64,000 nucleotides of DNA from Verrucomicrobiota bacterium (GTDB lineage Bacteria; Verrucomicrobiota; Verrucomicrobiia; Limisphaerales; JAHDYP01): positions 11,993 to 75,992 of the forward strand of contig JBJOII010000011.1 of assembly GCA_046047235.1 (NCBI GenBank), read 5' to 3'. This document shows positions 29,820 through 40,994 of the stretch, piece after piece. Position 1 is the first letter of the stretch, and every line of letters starts with the position of its first letter. Below the pieces are notes generated by a model. That model saw nothing but the letters and a program-made list of their open reading frames with translations. It was not told where the DNA came from and made no database searches. The position numbers and the translations under genes are program-made.

Positions 29820-30992
29820 ATGCACCCCCACCTACGCCACCTCGGCCGTCAGCTGGCCTGCCTCACCCTCCTCACAATAACCCTCGGGACCATCCCGCCC
29901 GTTACCCAAGCCCACGCCGCCACCCAACCCGCCATGAAACCCATCGAAATCGCCAACTGGGGCCGCAATACCGACGGCCAACCCGTCCAACTCGTCACTC
30001 TCCACAACGAAAACGGTATGGTCGCCAAAATCACCACGCTCGGCGCCATCCTCACCGAACTCCACGTCCCCGACCGCCAAGGCAATGTCACCAACGTCGT
30101 CCTCGGCTTCGATAACCTCGAACGCTACCTCCAAGGCCACCCCGCCTTCGGCGCCACCATCGGCCGCGTCGCCAACCGCATCGCCAATGCCAACTTCAAA
30201 CTCAACGGCAAAACCCACCAGCTCGCCGCAAACCTCGGCCCCCACCACATCCACGGCGGCCGCGCAGGCTTCCACCACAAAATCTGGACCGCTACCCCCC
30301 TCCCGGAACAAGCCGGCAAATCCTCCGTCGCCTTCACCTACACCAGCCCCGATGGAGAAGAAGGCTACCCCGGCACCCTCCACGTCAAAGTCACCTACAC
30401 GCTCACCAAAAATAACGAACTCCGCCTCGACTACGAAGCCACCACCGATAAACCCACCATCATCAACCTCACCAACCATAGTTACTTCAACCTCGGCGGC
30501 TCCGGTGACGTCCTTGACCATATCCTCGAAATCAATGCCCATAATTATACGCCCGCCGATATCAGCCTCATCCCCACCGGTGAAATCGCCCCGGTAGCCG
30601 GAACCCCGCTCGACTTCACCCAACCCACTGCCATCGGCGCCCGCATCAACCAGCTCCGCCCACGCCCCAACGGCTACGACCATAATTACGTCATCAATAA
30701 ATCCAACCCCAACGACTTCGTCTTCGCCGCCCGCGCCACCCACCCCGCCAGTGGACGCACCATGGAAACCTGGACCTCCGAACCCGGCGTCCAACTCTAT
30801 ACCGCCAATGGCTTTGACGGCACCATGACCGGCACCGGCGGAGTCAGCTACCCCCAACACGCCGGCTTCTGCCTCGAAACCCAACACTACCCCGACTCCA
30901 TCCATCACCCCAACTTCCCCTCCGTCGTCCTCCAGCCAAACCAAACCTTCCACAGCACCACCTCCTTCCGCTTCAGTAATTCCCAACCCTAA
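29820..30992 (+). CDS. galM: Aldose 1-epimerase (mutarotase), with signal peptide
   Basis: GRVANRIA, HIHGG, GYPG, NLTNHSYFNL, GYDHNY, CLETQHYPD. Start 29811 or 29820. Confidence 0.92.
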   Translation: MHPHLRHLGRQLACLTLLTITLGTIPPVTQAHAATQPAMKPIEIANWGRNTDGQPVQLVTLHNENGMVAKITTLGAILTELHVPDRQGNVTNVVLGFDNLERYLQGHPAFGATIGRVANRIANANFKLNGKTHQLAANLGPHHIHGGRAGFHHKIWTATPLPEQAGKSSVAFTYTSPDGEEGYPGTLHVKVTYTLTKNNELRLDYEATTDKPTIINLTNHSYFNLGGSGDVLDHILEINAHNYTPADISLIPTGEIAPVAGTPLDFTQPTAIGARINQLRPRPNGYDHNYVINKSNPNDFVFAARATHPASGRTMETWTSEPGVQLYTANGFDGTMTGTGGVSYPQHAGFCLETQHYPDSIHHPNFPSVVLQPNQTFHSTTSFRFSNSQP

Positions 30993-31012
30993 CCACCCCC
31001 TCCTCCCACACC

Positions 31013-32278
31013 ATGAATAAAACCATCGCCATGGTCTTCGCCGGAGGTCGCGTCAGCGAACTCTCCGCCCTCACCGAAAAAAGACCCAAAGCCGCCGTCG
31101 TCATGGGCGGCTGCTACCGCACCGTCGACTTCGCCCTCTCTAACCTCGCCGATACAGGAATCGGCCGCGTCGGTATCCTCGCCCAATACCGCCCCGCTTC
31201 CCTCATGGATCACGTCGCCAGTGGCGTCGCCTGGGACCTGGTCGGCACCAACCGCCAACTCCGCTTCCTCCCACCCTACATGGGACCCGAAACCGCCGAC
31301 TGGTACCGCGGCCCCGCCGATGCCCTCTTCCAAAACCTCGACTTCATCGAACGTAGCGACGCCGACCACGTCCTCGTCGTCTCCGGTGACCACGCCTACC
31401 GCATGAGCTATGAACCGCTCATCCACTTCCACAAGGAACATGACGCCGACCTCACCATGGCCTTCACCCCCAGACCCGATGACTCCTCCAGATTCGGAAT
31501 CGGTGAACTCAATGCCCTGGGCCAAATCGTCAACTTCACCGAAAAACCCGAATACCCCAGAACCCACCTCGCCTCCATGAGCGTCTACCTCTTCAGCCGC
31601 CACGTGCTGCTCGATGAACTCCGACGCGCCATCACCTCCTCCGGCGAAGACTGCCGCTTCCAAATCCACGAAGTCATGCGGCAAATGATCCCCCGACGCC
31701 GCGCCTACGGCTGGATCTACCACGGCCCCTGGCACTACACCCGCTCCATCGACGAATACCTCCACTTCCACCAGGACCTCCTCGGAACCCACCCCAAAAT
31801 CGACCTCGATGCCTGGGAAGTACGCTCCAACTTCCTCGCCCGCCGCTCAGCTCCCCCAGCCCCCACCCGCCAACTCCCCGGTTCCCACGTCGAAAACTGC
31901 CTCGTCAGCCCCGGCTGCATGATCGCAGGAACCGTGCGCAATAGCGTCCTCTCACCAGGCGTCCGGATCGAAGCCGGCGCCTCCGTCGTCGACTCCATCC
32001 TCCTCGATGACGTCGTCGTCGAAGCCGGCGCCAAACTCGATCGCGTCATCTCCGATAAACGTACCTGGTTCGGTCCCGAATGCACCGTCGGCGATGGCCC
32101 AACAGTCGTTTCCAAAGAGATGCCCAACTCCCTCAAAAGCGGCGCCACCCTCGTCGCCGCCGACCTCCGCATCCCACCAAAAGCCCGCATCGGTCGCGGA
32201 TGTATCATCCACCACGGCGTCCCCGCCTCCGCCATGGAAAAACCCCTCGCCTCCGGTCAAAGCCTCTCCGCCCGCTAA
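31013..32278 (+). CDS. Glucose-1-phosphate adenylyltransferase family protein (GlgC/GlgD-like, degenerate motifs)
   Basis: AGGR..L..LT..RPK, DFALSN, WYRG.ADA, SGDH, FTEKP and a left-handed beta-helix tail. The GxGxR arginine and the YWxD aspartate are not conserved. Confidence 0.8.
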   Translation: MNKTIAMVFAGGRVSELSALTEKRPKAAVVMGGCYRTVDFALSNLADTGIGRVGILAQYRPASLMDHVASGVAWDLVGTNRQLRFLPPYMGPETADWYRGPADALFQNLDFIERSDADHVLVVSGDHAYRMSYEPLIHFHKEHDADLTMAFTPRPDDSSRFGIGELNALGQIVNFTEKPEYPRTHLASMSVYLFSRHVLLDELRRAITSSGEDCRFQIHEVMRQMIPRRRAYGWIYHGPWHYTRSIDEYLHFHQDLLGTHPKIDLDAWEVRSNFLARRSAPPAPTRQLPGSHVENCLVSPGCMIAGTVRNSVLSPGVRIEAGASVVDSILLDDVVVEAGAKLDRVISDKRTWFGPECTVGDGPTVVSKEMPNSLKSGATLVAADLRIPPKARIGRGCIIHHGVPASAMEKPLASGQSLSAR

Positions 32279-32299
32279 ACCCACCCAGCAACACACGCC

Positions 32300-33457
32300 A
32301 TGAAAGTCACCTTCTTCACCCGCGAATACCCACCCAACGTCTACGGCGGCGCAGGCGTCCATATCAAAAACCTCTCCAAACAACTCGCCAAACTCATCAA
32401 CGTCGATGTCCGCTGCATCGGCGAACAAACCGACCCCACCCCGGGCTTCCACGTCAAAGGCTACCAGGGCTGGAGCCGCATGTGGGAAAACGGCGACCCC
32501 AAGTTCAACAGCGCCCTAGGCACCTTCGCCGCCAATATGTCCATGGTCCGTGACCCCATCGACTCCGATGTCGTCCACTCCCATACCTGGTACGGCTCAC
32601 TCGCCGGCTTCATGGCCAAAATGCTCTACAATACCCCCTTCGTCGCCACCGTCCATAGCCTCGAACCCCTCCGCCCCTGGAAAGAAGAACAACTCGGCCG
32701 ATCCTACCACCTCACCACCTGGGTCGAAAAAGTCGCCCTCGAAGCCGCCGACCGCGTCGTCGCCGTCTCCCAAAACTCCCGCGCCGAAATCCTCGACCTC
32801 TTCAATGTCGACCCCGAACGCGTCAAAGTCATCTACAACGGCATCGACCTCGATGTCTGGAACCCCAGCACCAGCGAAGCCACACGCAAAGCCTTCGATG
32901 TCGCCGAGGACTATATCCTCTTCCTCGGCCGCACCAGCCGCCAAAAAGGCATGGTCCACCTCATCGAAGCCATGAAATACGTCGACCCCGGCATCCAACT
33001 CGTCTGCTGCACCAGCGCCCCGGATACCCCGGAGGTCGAAGCCGAAATCGCCGAAAAGGTCGCCAGTGAACCCCGCGTCCTCTGGATCAATACCCTCCTC
33101 CGCGAAGAACAATACATCGAACTCTATACCCACGCCCGCGTCTTCGCCTGCCCGTCCGTCTACGAACCCTTCGGCATCATTAACCTCGAAGCCATGGCCT
33201 GCGAAACCCCAGTCGTCGCCAGCGCCGTCGGAGGTATCAAGGAAGTCGTCGTCCCAGGCACCACCGGACTGCTCGTCCCACCACAAGACCCCAAAGCCCT
33301 CGCCGACGCCATCAACCAGGTCCTCCGCGATAAAAAGAAAGCCCGCGAAATGGGCCTCGCCGGCCGTAAACGCGTCGAAGAACACTTCGCGTGGAGCTCC
33401 ATCGCCCGCAAAACCCTCGACATGTACGAAGAACTCGTTACACCCCCGCCCGCCTAA
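32300..33457 (+). CDS. glgM: GT4 glycosyltransferase, actinobacterial-type 'GlgA'/GlgM (alpha-maltose-1-phosphate synthase)
   Basis: TREYPPNVYGGAGVH, HSHTWY, HSLEPLRPWKEEQLG, CPSVYEPFGIINLEAMAC. Confidence 0.85.
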   Translation: MKVTFFTREYPPNVYGGAGVHIKNLSKQLAKLINVDVRCIGEQTDPTPGFHVKGYQGWSRMWENGDPKFNSALGTFAANMSMVRDPIDSDVVHSHTWYGSLAGFMAKMLYNTPFVATVHSLEPLRPWKEEQLGRSYHLTTWVEKVALEAADRVVAVSQNSRAEILDLFNVDPERVKVIYNGIDLDVWNPSTSEATRKAFDVAEDYILFLGRTSRQKGMVHLIEAMKYVDPGIQLVCCTSAPDTPEVEAEIAEKVASEPRVLWINTLLREEQYIELYTHARVFACPSVYEPFGIINLEAMACETPVVASAVGGIKEVVVPGTTGLLVPPQDPKALADAINQVLRDKKKAREMGLAGRKRVEEHFAWSSIARKTLDMYEELVTPPPA

Positions 33458-33546
33458 CTACCATAGCTTCTCCCTGCTCCACAAAGCCGCCCGCCCCACC
33501 CCAGCGCATCCCCACATGCGCTAAAGTCTTCTGCAGCAATGCCGAT

Positions 33547-33719
33547 ATCTGCCTCGTATGAAGCAAACTCGTCCACACGGACGAGTGCTCCAGAAGGCCA
33601 CACTGGCTAGTTCGGCAGGTACGTTCAACTTGGCCCATGGAGGCCCGGATCAATCCCATCCGGGCCCTGCGGCGCGTCAGGGTTCAAACCAGCTCGTAAC
33701 CGGTGGTCCCTCCCCTGCC
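33547..33719. ncRNA. Candidate structured RNA / leader (unidentified)
   Basis: Hairpins at 33567-33586 and 33642-33666, alternative GGCAGG pairings, and local loss of GC skew. No family recognised. Confidence 0.3.
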
Positions 33720-33841
33720 CTTTACCCCCGCAGGCCACTCGTCCTCCCATCGCCATGCGTGGCCACTCAAAACCGCTGCGCCCCACAACACCCCGCCCGC
33801 CCCCACCCCAAGGGCCTCCCCACTACTTGACCCCCACCACC

Positions 33842-36800
33842 ATGTACTCCCTCTGGCTCACGCTCCAATGTGCCCTCACCGCAGGCCTCACCGCCTTCGC
33901 CGTGATCCAGCAAAAACGCAAACACGCCAGCAACCCCACTAACACACCCCCGGCTTTTATCTTCGCCGTCGTCTCCATCGCCCTGCTCGGCCTCGGCTGG
34001 ATAGGAAGCGTCCACCGCACCAATGAAGTCGACGCCGCCATGAAACATCAGGCGCTCAGCCAGGCAGTCGCCCTCTCCCAAACCCTCAGCCCCACCCTCG
34101 CCCGACAACTCCTCTTCTCACCAAAAGACCAAACCAATACCGCCTTCCATACCCTCTCACGCCAACTGCAGTCATACGCCCGCCTCACCCAACAACGCTC
34201 CATCTACTCCATGGCCATCCGCGATAATAGTATCGTCTTCGGCCCGGAAAGCCTCCTGCCCGGCGATCCCCTCGCCTCCCCACCCGGCACCCCCTACGAA
34301 TTGCCAAACCCCAATGACTGGGACTGCCTCCTCAAAGCCCGCTCCTCCGTCTTCGGCCCCGTCACCGATGAATACGGCACCTTCATCAGCGCAACCTCCC
34401 CCGTCCTCGATCCCCACTCCGGTAAGGTCATCCTCGGAATCGGCATCGATATCCCCGCAGACGAATGGCATCACCAACTCTCCCAAGCCAAAACCACCCC
34501 CGTCCGACAAACCACCCTCCTCACCCTGCTCGCCATCATCAGCCTCTTCTTCCTCTGCTACCAATCCCGCCAATACCCCAGCAGAAACCGAAAACTCCAC
34601 CACATCGAAACCTCCCTCGCCGCCACCTTCGGAATCGCCGTCACTCTCACGATGGCCTCCTGGTGGCGCGATACCGAACGGCAAAGCCAAAACCTCCTCT
34701 TCTCCCAAGTCGCCGAACAACAAGCCGAAAGCCTCGCCCATAATCTCTCCACCCTCGAACACCAAACCGCCGCCCTCAGCCGTGTCCTCGAAAAACAACC
34801 CCAGTGCTCCGAAACCGACTTCGTCACCTATGCCACCCCACTCCTCGAAAATGGCAGCGTCCAGTCCGTCGACTGGATCCCCGCTACCCAGTCCACCAAT
34901 ACCGAAATCCTGCTCTCCGCCCCACCACCCCCGGAATCACCACAGCCAGACCACCCGCCCACGCTACCCTACCCAGACCCCGAAACCCTGCAACTCGCCG
35001 CCACCCTCGGCACACAGCTCATTACCCAACCCGCAACCCAGCCGAACCCCTCCACCCATAACCTCAATATCCAAGTCCTCTCCCCAGTCCATACCTCCAC
35101 CTACCCAACCAATACCCAACTGCGCGGCTTCCTCAGGACTACCCTCCGAATGCAGGACCTCCTCAGAAATGCCCTCGCCCAGTCCTCCACCGAACAAAAC
35201 ATCAGCACCGCCCACCTCTATAACCTCAACACCAACGGAAACTTCGCCATCCTCGCAACCTTCCCGCCACCTCCAAGCAATACCCCCCATAACCACCCAC
35301 AAGCTAACCCCCACCAATCCCAAATCCGACCCGTCTTCGCCTTCAGCCAAGCCTTCGGCATCACCTTCGAACCCGGCCCCGCCTTCGCCAGCGCCTACCC
35401 CATCCGTACCTTCTGGTGGACCCTCGTCACCGGCTCACTCATCACCTGCGCCGGAACCCTCGTCATCGGCTCCATCCGCCGCCAACAACTCGAACTCGAA
35501 TCCCTCGTCCATAGCCGCACCAATGAACTCGAATTCGCCATCGAAAAAGCCAACCTCCTCGCCACCGAAGCCCAAACCGCCAATATCGCCAAAAGCCAGT
35601 TCCTCGCCAGTATGTCCCACGAAATCCGTACGCCCATGAACGGCGTCATCGGTATGACCGGCCTCCTCCTCGATACCCCCCTCTCCAACGAACAACACCG
35701 CTACGCAGAAATCGTCCGCTCCAGCGCCGAAAGCCTCCTCGCCCTCATCAATGACATCCTCGATTACTCCAAAATCGAAGCCAATCGCCTCGAAATGGAA
35801 GAAATCGACTTCGACCTCGTCACCTCCATCGAGGAAACCTCCGAACTCCTCAGCGTCAAAGCCCAGGAAAAAAACCTCGAACTCACCTGCCTCATACCCC
35901 CGGAAATCCCCTCCCGACTCCGCGGCGACCCCGGCCGCCTCCGCCAAATCCTCTTCAACCTCGGCGGTAACGCAGTCAAATTCACCAGCCAAGGCAGCGT
36001 CACCATCCACGTCGACCTCCAGTCAGCCGATGATACCCAGGCAACCCTCCGCTTCCGCATCATCGATACCGGCATCGGTATCCCCCAAGAACACATCCGC
36101 AAACTGTTCACCCCCTTTACCCAAGTCGATGCCTCCACCTCCCGCCGCTTCGGCGGAACCGGCCTCGGCCTCGCCATCTCAAAACAACTCTCCGAAATGA
36201 TGCACGGTACCATCGGCGTCGAAAGCCAACACGGCAAGGGCTCCACCTTCTGGTTCACCGCACAATTCAAAAAGAACCCCAAACCCAAACCCCATACCCC
36301 AACAGTCAACAAAACCACACAGCCCCTCCGTATCCTCATCGTCGATGACCTCGATACAAATCGACTCCTCCTCACCACCTCCCTCCGCCCCATCGCTTCC
36401 CACCTCGAAGAAGCCGTCGACGGCCCAACCGCCCTCAGCACCCTCCGCCAAGCCGCCCAAAATCACCAACCCTTCGATATCGCCCTCATCGACCACGAAA
36501 TGCCCGGCATGGACGGAGAAACGCTCGCCCAACACATCAAAGCCGACCCCACCATCCAAACCACCCGCCTCCTCCTCCTCACCTCCCTCATGCTCAACGG
36601 CGACCGCACCCGCTTCCTCAAAGCCGGGTTCGAAGACTGTATCACTAAACCCATCCGCCGCGCCCGACTCCTCGAAGCCATCGGCCACTCCCCCTCCCCA
36701 TCCACATCCAAACCACCCACCACTCCCCCACCCCAATCTGCCACCACCAACCCGGTAAAAAACCAACGGCTCCTCATCGTCGAAGACAACCCCACCAACC

Positions 36801-37558
36801 AAATCGTCGCCACCAAAACTCTCACCCGACTCGGCTACCAGACCGATGTCGCCTCGAACGGCCAGGAAGCCCTCGAAATGCTCCGCAATACCTCCTATGA
36901 CCTCGTCCTCATGGACTGCCAAATGCCCGTCATGGATGGATTCGAAACCACCAGGGCAATCCGCACCACCACCCACGCCTCGTCCCCCACCCCACCCACC
37001 GTCCCCATCGTCGCCATGACCGCCAACGCCATGCACGGCGACCGCGAAAACTGCCTCAGCGCAGGCATGGATGACTACCTCTCCAAACCCATCGACCCCG
37101 CTAAACTGAACTCCGTCCTCAACAAGTGGCTCAACGAAAAAACCCGCACCCAACCACCCGCCTCAACCCCAAAACCTGCCCCCGAAAACCCCGCCAGCAT
37201 CTTCGCCAAAACCCAGTTCATGAACCGTATGCTCGATGACCCCCAGCTCGCCACTGACGTCATCCAGGCCTTCCTCCACGATGCCCCACAACAAGTCGAA
37301 TCCCTCCTCCTCGAAACCACGAACCCCAATCCCGAAACCGTTCAACGCATCGCCCATAAACTCAAAGGCGCCGCAGGCGCCGTCGGCGGACAAGCCCTCC
37401 ACTCACTCGCCGCCGAAATAGAAGCCGCCGCAAAAATAAAGGACACCCCTGCCATCACCGCCGCAGCCAACCGCGTCCAACTCCAATACGACCTCCTCCA
37501 ACAAGCCCTCGAAGAACAACTCGAATCCCTCCAAACCCCAACTACACCCCTCCCATGA
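33842..37558 (+). CDS. Multi-TM hybrid sensor histidine kinase (extracytoplasmic sensors including a CHASE-like one, HisKA, HATPase, 2 x REC, Hpt)
   Basis: [62 protein letters not shown] and VLMDCQMP, Hpt AHKLKGAA. Confidence 0.92.
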   Translation: MYSLWLTLQCALTAGLTAFAVIQQKRKHASNPTNTPPAFIFAVVSIALLGLGWIGSVHRTNEVDAAMKHQALSQAVALSQTLSPTLARQLLFSPKDQTNTAFHTLSRQLQSYARLTQQRSIYSMAIRDNSIVFGPESLLPGDPLASPPGTPYELPNPNDWDCLLKARSSVFGPVTDEYGTFISATSPVLDPHSGKVILGIGIDIPADEWHHQLSQAKTTPVRQTTLLTLLAIISLFFLCYQSRQYPSRNRKLHHIETSLAATFGIAVTLTMASWWRDTERQSQNLLFSQVAEQQAESLAHNLSTLEHQTAALSRVLEKQPQCSETDFVTYATPLLENGSVQSVDWIPATQSTNTEILLSAPPPPESPQPDHPPTLPYPDPETLQLAATLGTQLITQPATQPNPSTHNLNIQVLSPVHTSTYPTNTQLRGFLRTTLRMQDLLRNALAQSSTEQNISTAHLYNLNTNGNFAILATFPPPPSNTPHNHPQANPHQSQIRPVFAFSQAFGITFEPGPAFASAYPIRTFWWTLVTGSLITCAGTLVIGSIRRQQLELESLVHSRTNELEFAIEKANLLATEAQTANIAKSQFLASMSHEIRTPMNGVIGMTGLLLDTPLSNEQHRYAEIVRSSAESLLALINDILDYSKIEANRLEMEEIDFDLVTSIEETSELLSVKAQEKNLELTCLIPPEIPSRLRGDPGRLRQILFNLGGNAVKFTSQGSVTIHVDLQSADDTQATLRFRIIDTGIGIPQEHIRKLFTPFTQVDASTSRRFGGTGLGLAISKQLSEMMHGTIGVESQHGKGSTFWFTAQFKKNPKPKPHTPTVNKTTQPLRILIVDDLDTNRLLLTTSLRPIASHLEEAVDGPTALSTLRQAAQNHQPFDIALIDHEMPGMDGETLAQHIKADPTIQTTRLLLLTSLMLNGDRTRFLKAGFEDCITKPIRRARLLEAIGHSPSPSTSKPPTTPPPQSATTNPVKNQRLLIVEDNPTNQIVATKTLTRLGYQTDVASNGQEALEMLRNTSYDLVLMDCQMPVMDGFETTRAIRTTTHASSPTPPTVPIVAMTANAMHGDRENCLSAGMDDYLSKPIDPAKLNSVLNKWLNEKTRTQPPASTPKPAPENPASIFAKTQFMNRMLDDPQLATDVIQAFLHDAPQQVESLLLETTNPNPETVQRIAHKLKGAAGAVGGQALHSLAAEIEAAAKIKDTPAITAAANRVQLQYDLLQQALEEQLESLQTPTTPLP

Positions 37559-37929
37559 ATACAATCGTAGTCGATGATGATTTCACCTGCCGCTGCTGGC
37601 TGAAAGGTGTCCTCCGAAAAATCGGATTCCAGGTCGTCAGCGAAGCCGCCAACGGCCAGGAAGCCGTCCAGGCCGTCACCACCCACCACCCCGACCTCGT
37701 CCTCCTCGACGTCAGTATGCCCGTCAAAACCGGCCCCGAAGCCCTCCCCGAAATCCTCGCCGCCCACCCCAAAACCCTCGTGGTCATGCTCACCTCCATC
37801 GCCGATGAAGCCACAGTCGTCGATTGCCTCGAAAAAGGCGCCGTAGATTACCTCCGCAAAGACGCCACGATCGAGGAAATCCACCAAACGCTCTCCAGCC
37901 TCCAGCCCACCCCCCACCCCACCCGCTAA
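37555..37929 (+). CDS. CheY-like single-domain response regulator
   Basis: [27 protein letters not shown] overlap with the kinase stop. Confidence 0.9.
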   Translation: MNTIVVDDDFTCRCWLKGVLRKIGFQVVSEAANGQEAVQAVTTHHPDLVLLDVSMPVKTGPEALPEILAAHPKTLVVMLTSIADEATVVDCLEKGAVDYLRKDATIEEIHQTLSSLQPTPHPTR

Positions 37930-37934
37930 ACCCC

Positions 37935-38111
37935 ATGAGCGCTCCCATAACTCCACTCTATAACCTCCAAGCCGTCCTCGCCGATATCGCCGCCGATGAA
38001 CAAGGCGACCGAACCGCAAAACGCGTCCTCTCAAGCGACGAAATCCGCCAAATCGTCAAAAAACGCCGGCAATCCCCAGACACCCAACCCCCCCACAATC
38101 CAGAATCATGA
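37935..38111 (+). CDS. 58-aa hypothetical protein with a VLSSDEIRQIV (FliM-N-like) motif
   Basis: ATG 5 nt after the receiver-gene stop; its TGA overlaps the next ATG (ATGA), so it fills the gap exactly. Confidence 0.65.
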   Translation: MSAPITPLYNLQAVLADIAADEQGDRTAKRVLSSDEIRQIVKKRRQSPDTQPPHNPES

Positions 38112-39802
38112 AGAGGCCAAGCTTCACGCAGGACCTCGTTGCCCCAGGCCACCTGCACCACGAAAAAGCCCGGAACCTGGAAAAAAAGTTCCCCGGTAAC
38201 GACCTCTCCATCCTCTCCCAACTCCTCTCGGATGGTAGTATCCCCAGACATACGCTCTGCCAAACCTACGCCAACTCCCTCGGCACCGCCTACGTCAACC
38301 TCCACCAAACCCTCATCCAACCCGATGTAGCCACCCTCCTCCCCCTCCAATTCGCCTCCTCACACCAAATCATCCCCCTCTACCGGCTCGATAACACCAT
38401 CACAGTCGCCACATCCAACCCCCTCAACCTCACCGCCATCGACGACGCAACCCAAATCCTCGGCACCCACATCGCCCCCGTCTTCAGCCCACCCGACGAA
38501 ATCCTCGAAGCCATCGAAATCCACTTCGCCAGCCTCAACATCGTTCAGGAACTCGAATCCAACCTCTCCCGGAAAAACTCCCCCGAAATTCACTCCAACC
38601 CCAGCTCCCAACACCTCATCCACCTCGCCCAGGATAATGACGTCGTCACTCTCACCCGACACCTCCTCCTCGTCGCTATCCGCGAACGCGCCAGCGATAT
38701 CCACCTCGAACCCGAAGAAAATGGCCTCCGCGTCCGACTCCGGATCGATGGAGAACTCCACGAATGGCAACACCTCCACCAACACCTCAAAGCCCCCGTC
38801 ACAGCACGACTTAAACTCATGGCCGGTTGCGATATCGCCGAACACCGCCGCCCCCAGGACGGCCGCCTCTCCCTCCCCCTGGGTATCCAAAAAATCGACC
38901 TCCGCTTCTCCAGTGTCCCCGCCATGGATGGAGAAAAAATCGTCCTCCGTATCCTCGGCTCCTCCAACCGTAACTCCGTCCCCCAACTCGAAGACCTCAA
39001 CCTCTCCTCCTCCAACCTCAAAGCCCTCAAAAAGGTCGTCACCTCCCCCAATGGCGTCTTCTTCGTCACCGGCCCCACCGGCTCCGGCAAAACCACCACG
39101 CTCTACTCCATCCTCCAACATATCAACCGCCCCGGACTCAATGTCGTCACAATAGAAGACCCCGTCGAATACCGCCTCCCAGGTATCACCCAAGTCCAAG
39201 TCAACCCCACCGTCGACCTGACCTTCGCCACCGCCCTCCGCGCCTTCCTCCGACAAGACCCCAACGTCATCCTCGTCGGCGAAGTCCGCGATATGGAAAC
39301 CGCCCGCATCGCCTCCCAAGCCGCCCTCACCGGACACCTCGTCATGTCCACCATGCATACCAATAACGCCCTCCAAGCCGTCACCCGCCTCGTCGAAATC
39401 GGCGTCGAACCCTTCCTCGTCGCCCCCTCCATCATCGGCGTCAGCGCCCAACGGCTCGTCCGCCGCCTCTGCCCGCAATGCCGGGAACCCCAACCCATGC
39501 CCGCAGACCTCGCCCTAAAACTCTTCGGCCCCCTCACCTCCACACCCCCAAATCTCTGGCACGCCAAAGGCTGCCCCAACTGCCGCGGAACAGGCTTCAA
39601 AGGCCGTATCGCCATCCAGGAAATCTTCATCCTCACCGAAGCCATCCGCCAACTCATCGCCCGAAATTCCTCCATCCTCGATATCCAGAAGCTCGCCAAA
39701 GACCAGGGCTTCCAAGGCATGGAATACGATGGACTCAAAAAAGCCCTCCGGGGTCTCACCACCCTCAACGAAGTCGAAAAAGCCATCGCCATCGCCGAAT
39801 AA
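38108..39802 (+). CDS. GspE/PilB family secretion or pilus-assembly ATPase
   Basis: T2SSE_N-like N-domain, ASDIHLEP, RRPQDGR, Walker A GPTGSGKTT, TIEDPVE, Walker B ILVGEVRD, GHLVMSTMH, CPQC...CPNC zinc site. Confidence 0.93.
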   Translation: MKRPSFTQDLVAPGHLHHEKARNLEKKFPGNDLSILSQLLSDGSIPRHTLCQTYANSLGTAYVNLHQTLIQPDVATLLPLQFASSHQIIPLYRLDNTITVATSNPLNLTAIDDATQILGTHIAPVFSPPDEILEAIEIHFASLNIVQELESNLSRKNSPEIHSNPSSQHLIHLAQDNDVVTLTRHLLLVAIRERASDIHLEPEENGLRVRLRIDGELHEWQHLHQHLKAPVTARLKLMAGCDIAEHRRPQDGRLSLPLGIQKIDLRFSSVPAMDGEKIVLRILGSSNRNSVPQLEDLNLSSSNLKALKKVVTSPNGVFFVTGPTGSGKTTTLYSILQHINRPGLNVVTIEDPVEYRLPGITQVQVNPTVDLTFATALRAFLRQDPNVILVGEVRDMETARIASQAALTGHLVMSTMHTNNALQAVTRLVEIGVEPFLVAPSIIGVSAQRLVRRLCPQCREPQPMPADLALKLFGPLTSTPPNLWHAKGCPNCRGTGFKGRIAIQEIFILTEAIRQLIARNSSILDIQKLAKDQGFQGMEYDGLKKALRGLTTLNEVEKAIAIAE

Positions 39803-39818
39803 GCCCACCCCCGAATCC

Positions 39819-40994
39819 ATGAAAATCCTGGTCGCAGATGACGATACCACTACACGCCTCACCCTCTGCCTCACGCTGTCCAAATGGGGCTACGAAGTCT
39901 GTGAAGCCTCCGACGGGAACGCCGCCCTCCAATGCTTCAACCACCAAAACCCTCCAGCCATGGCCCTCCTCGACTGGATGATGCCAGGCTGCGATGGCAT
40001 CGAGGCCTGTAGACAAATCAAATCCATCCACTCCAACCGCCCCCCCTATATCCTCATCCTGACATCAAAAATATCACCCGCCGACCTCGTCGACGGACTC
40101 AACGCCGGCGCCGATAACTATATCTCCAAACCCTATAACGCCGATGAACTCCGCGCCCGACTCCAGGCAGGCGAACGCATCGTCGCCCTCCAACACCAAC
40201 TCGCCGACCTCAACCAAAACCTCGAACAACGCGTCGCCGAACGCACCGCCAACGTCCAGTCCCTCCTCAGCCAAAAACACCAGCTCATCCGCCAACTCGG
40301 CCATGACCTCCGAACCCCACTCACCCCTCTCGTCCACCTTCTCCCCGAACTCATCAAACAAGAAGACAACCCCGATAAACGCGACTCCCTCCTGCTCTGC
40401 CACGAACAAGTCCAACACCTCCATTACCTCGCCGACCGCATCCGCCTCATCGCCCGCCTCGATGAACTCGACTCCACGCTCTGCCCCCAACCCACCCCGC
40501 TCGAACCCCTGATCCAGGAAGCCATCCAGCAACTCCTGCAACGCCGCTCCTACAACTCATACCCCTCCGTCTCCATCCCCAAACATATCCGCATCCTCGC
40601 CGATCCAACCTGGTTCCAAAAAGCCGTCATCGAACTCCTCGATAACGCCCTCCGCTACTCCGCACCACAAGGCCACGTCTCCATCACAGCTTCCACCCAC
40701 AACAACCAACTCCTCCTCCGCTTTACCAACTACGGCTGCGGACTCGACCCCGCCGAACTCGAAACCATCTTCAACCCCTTCCATACCGGCGACCCCTCCC
40801 GCCACCAACGCCGCACCCACGGCCTCGGACTCGCCATCAGCCGCGAAATCATCCAACACCACGGCGGCCAAATCTGGGCAGAAAGCCAGGGATCCATCCA
40901 CGGCGCCTCAGTCGTCATCAGCCTCCCAATCCCCACAGAAACCACAAACGAAACACCATCCCCAACCACAATAACCCCCTCCAATCATGAATAA
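39819..40994 (+). CDS. Hybrid receiver-histidine kinase (REC-HisKA-HATPase)
   Basis: ILVADDD, LLDWMMP, LGHDLRTPLT, LLDNALRYS, IFNPF, GLGLAIS. Confidence 0.88.
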   Translation: MKILVADDDTTTRLTLCLTLSKWGYEVCEASDGNAALQCFNHQNPPAMALLDWMMPGCDGIEACRQIKSIHSNRPPYILILTSKISPADLVDGLNAGADNYISKPYNADELRARLQAGERIVALQHQLADLNQNLEQRVAERTANVQSLLSQKHQLIRQLGHDLRTPLTPLVHLLPELIKQEDNPDKRDSLLLCHEQVQHLHYLADRIRLIARLDELDSTLCPQPTPLEPLIQEAIQQLLQRRSYNSYPSVSIPKHIRILADPTWFQKAVIELLDNALRYSAPQGHVSITASTHNNQLLLRFTNYGCGLDPAELETIFNPFHTGDPSRHQRRTHGLGLAISREIIQHHGGQIWAESQGSIHGASVVISLPIPTETTNETPSPTTITPSNHE

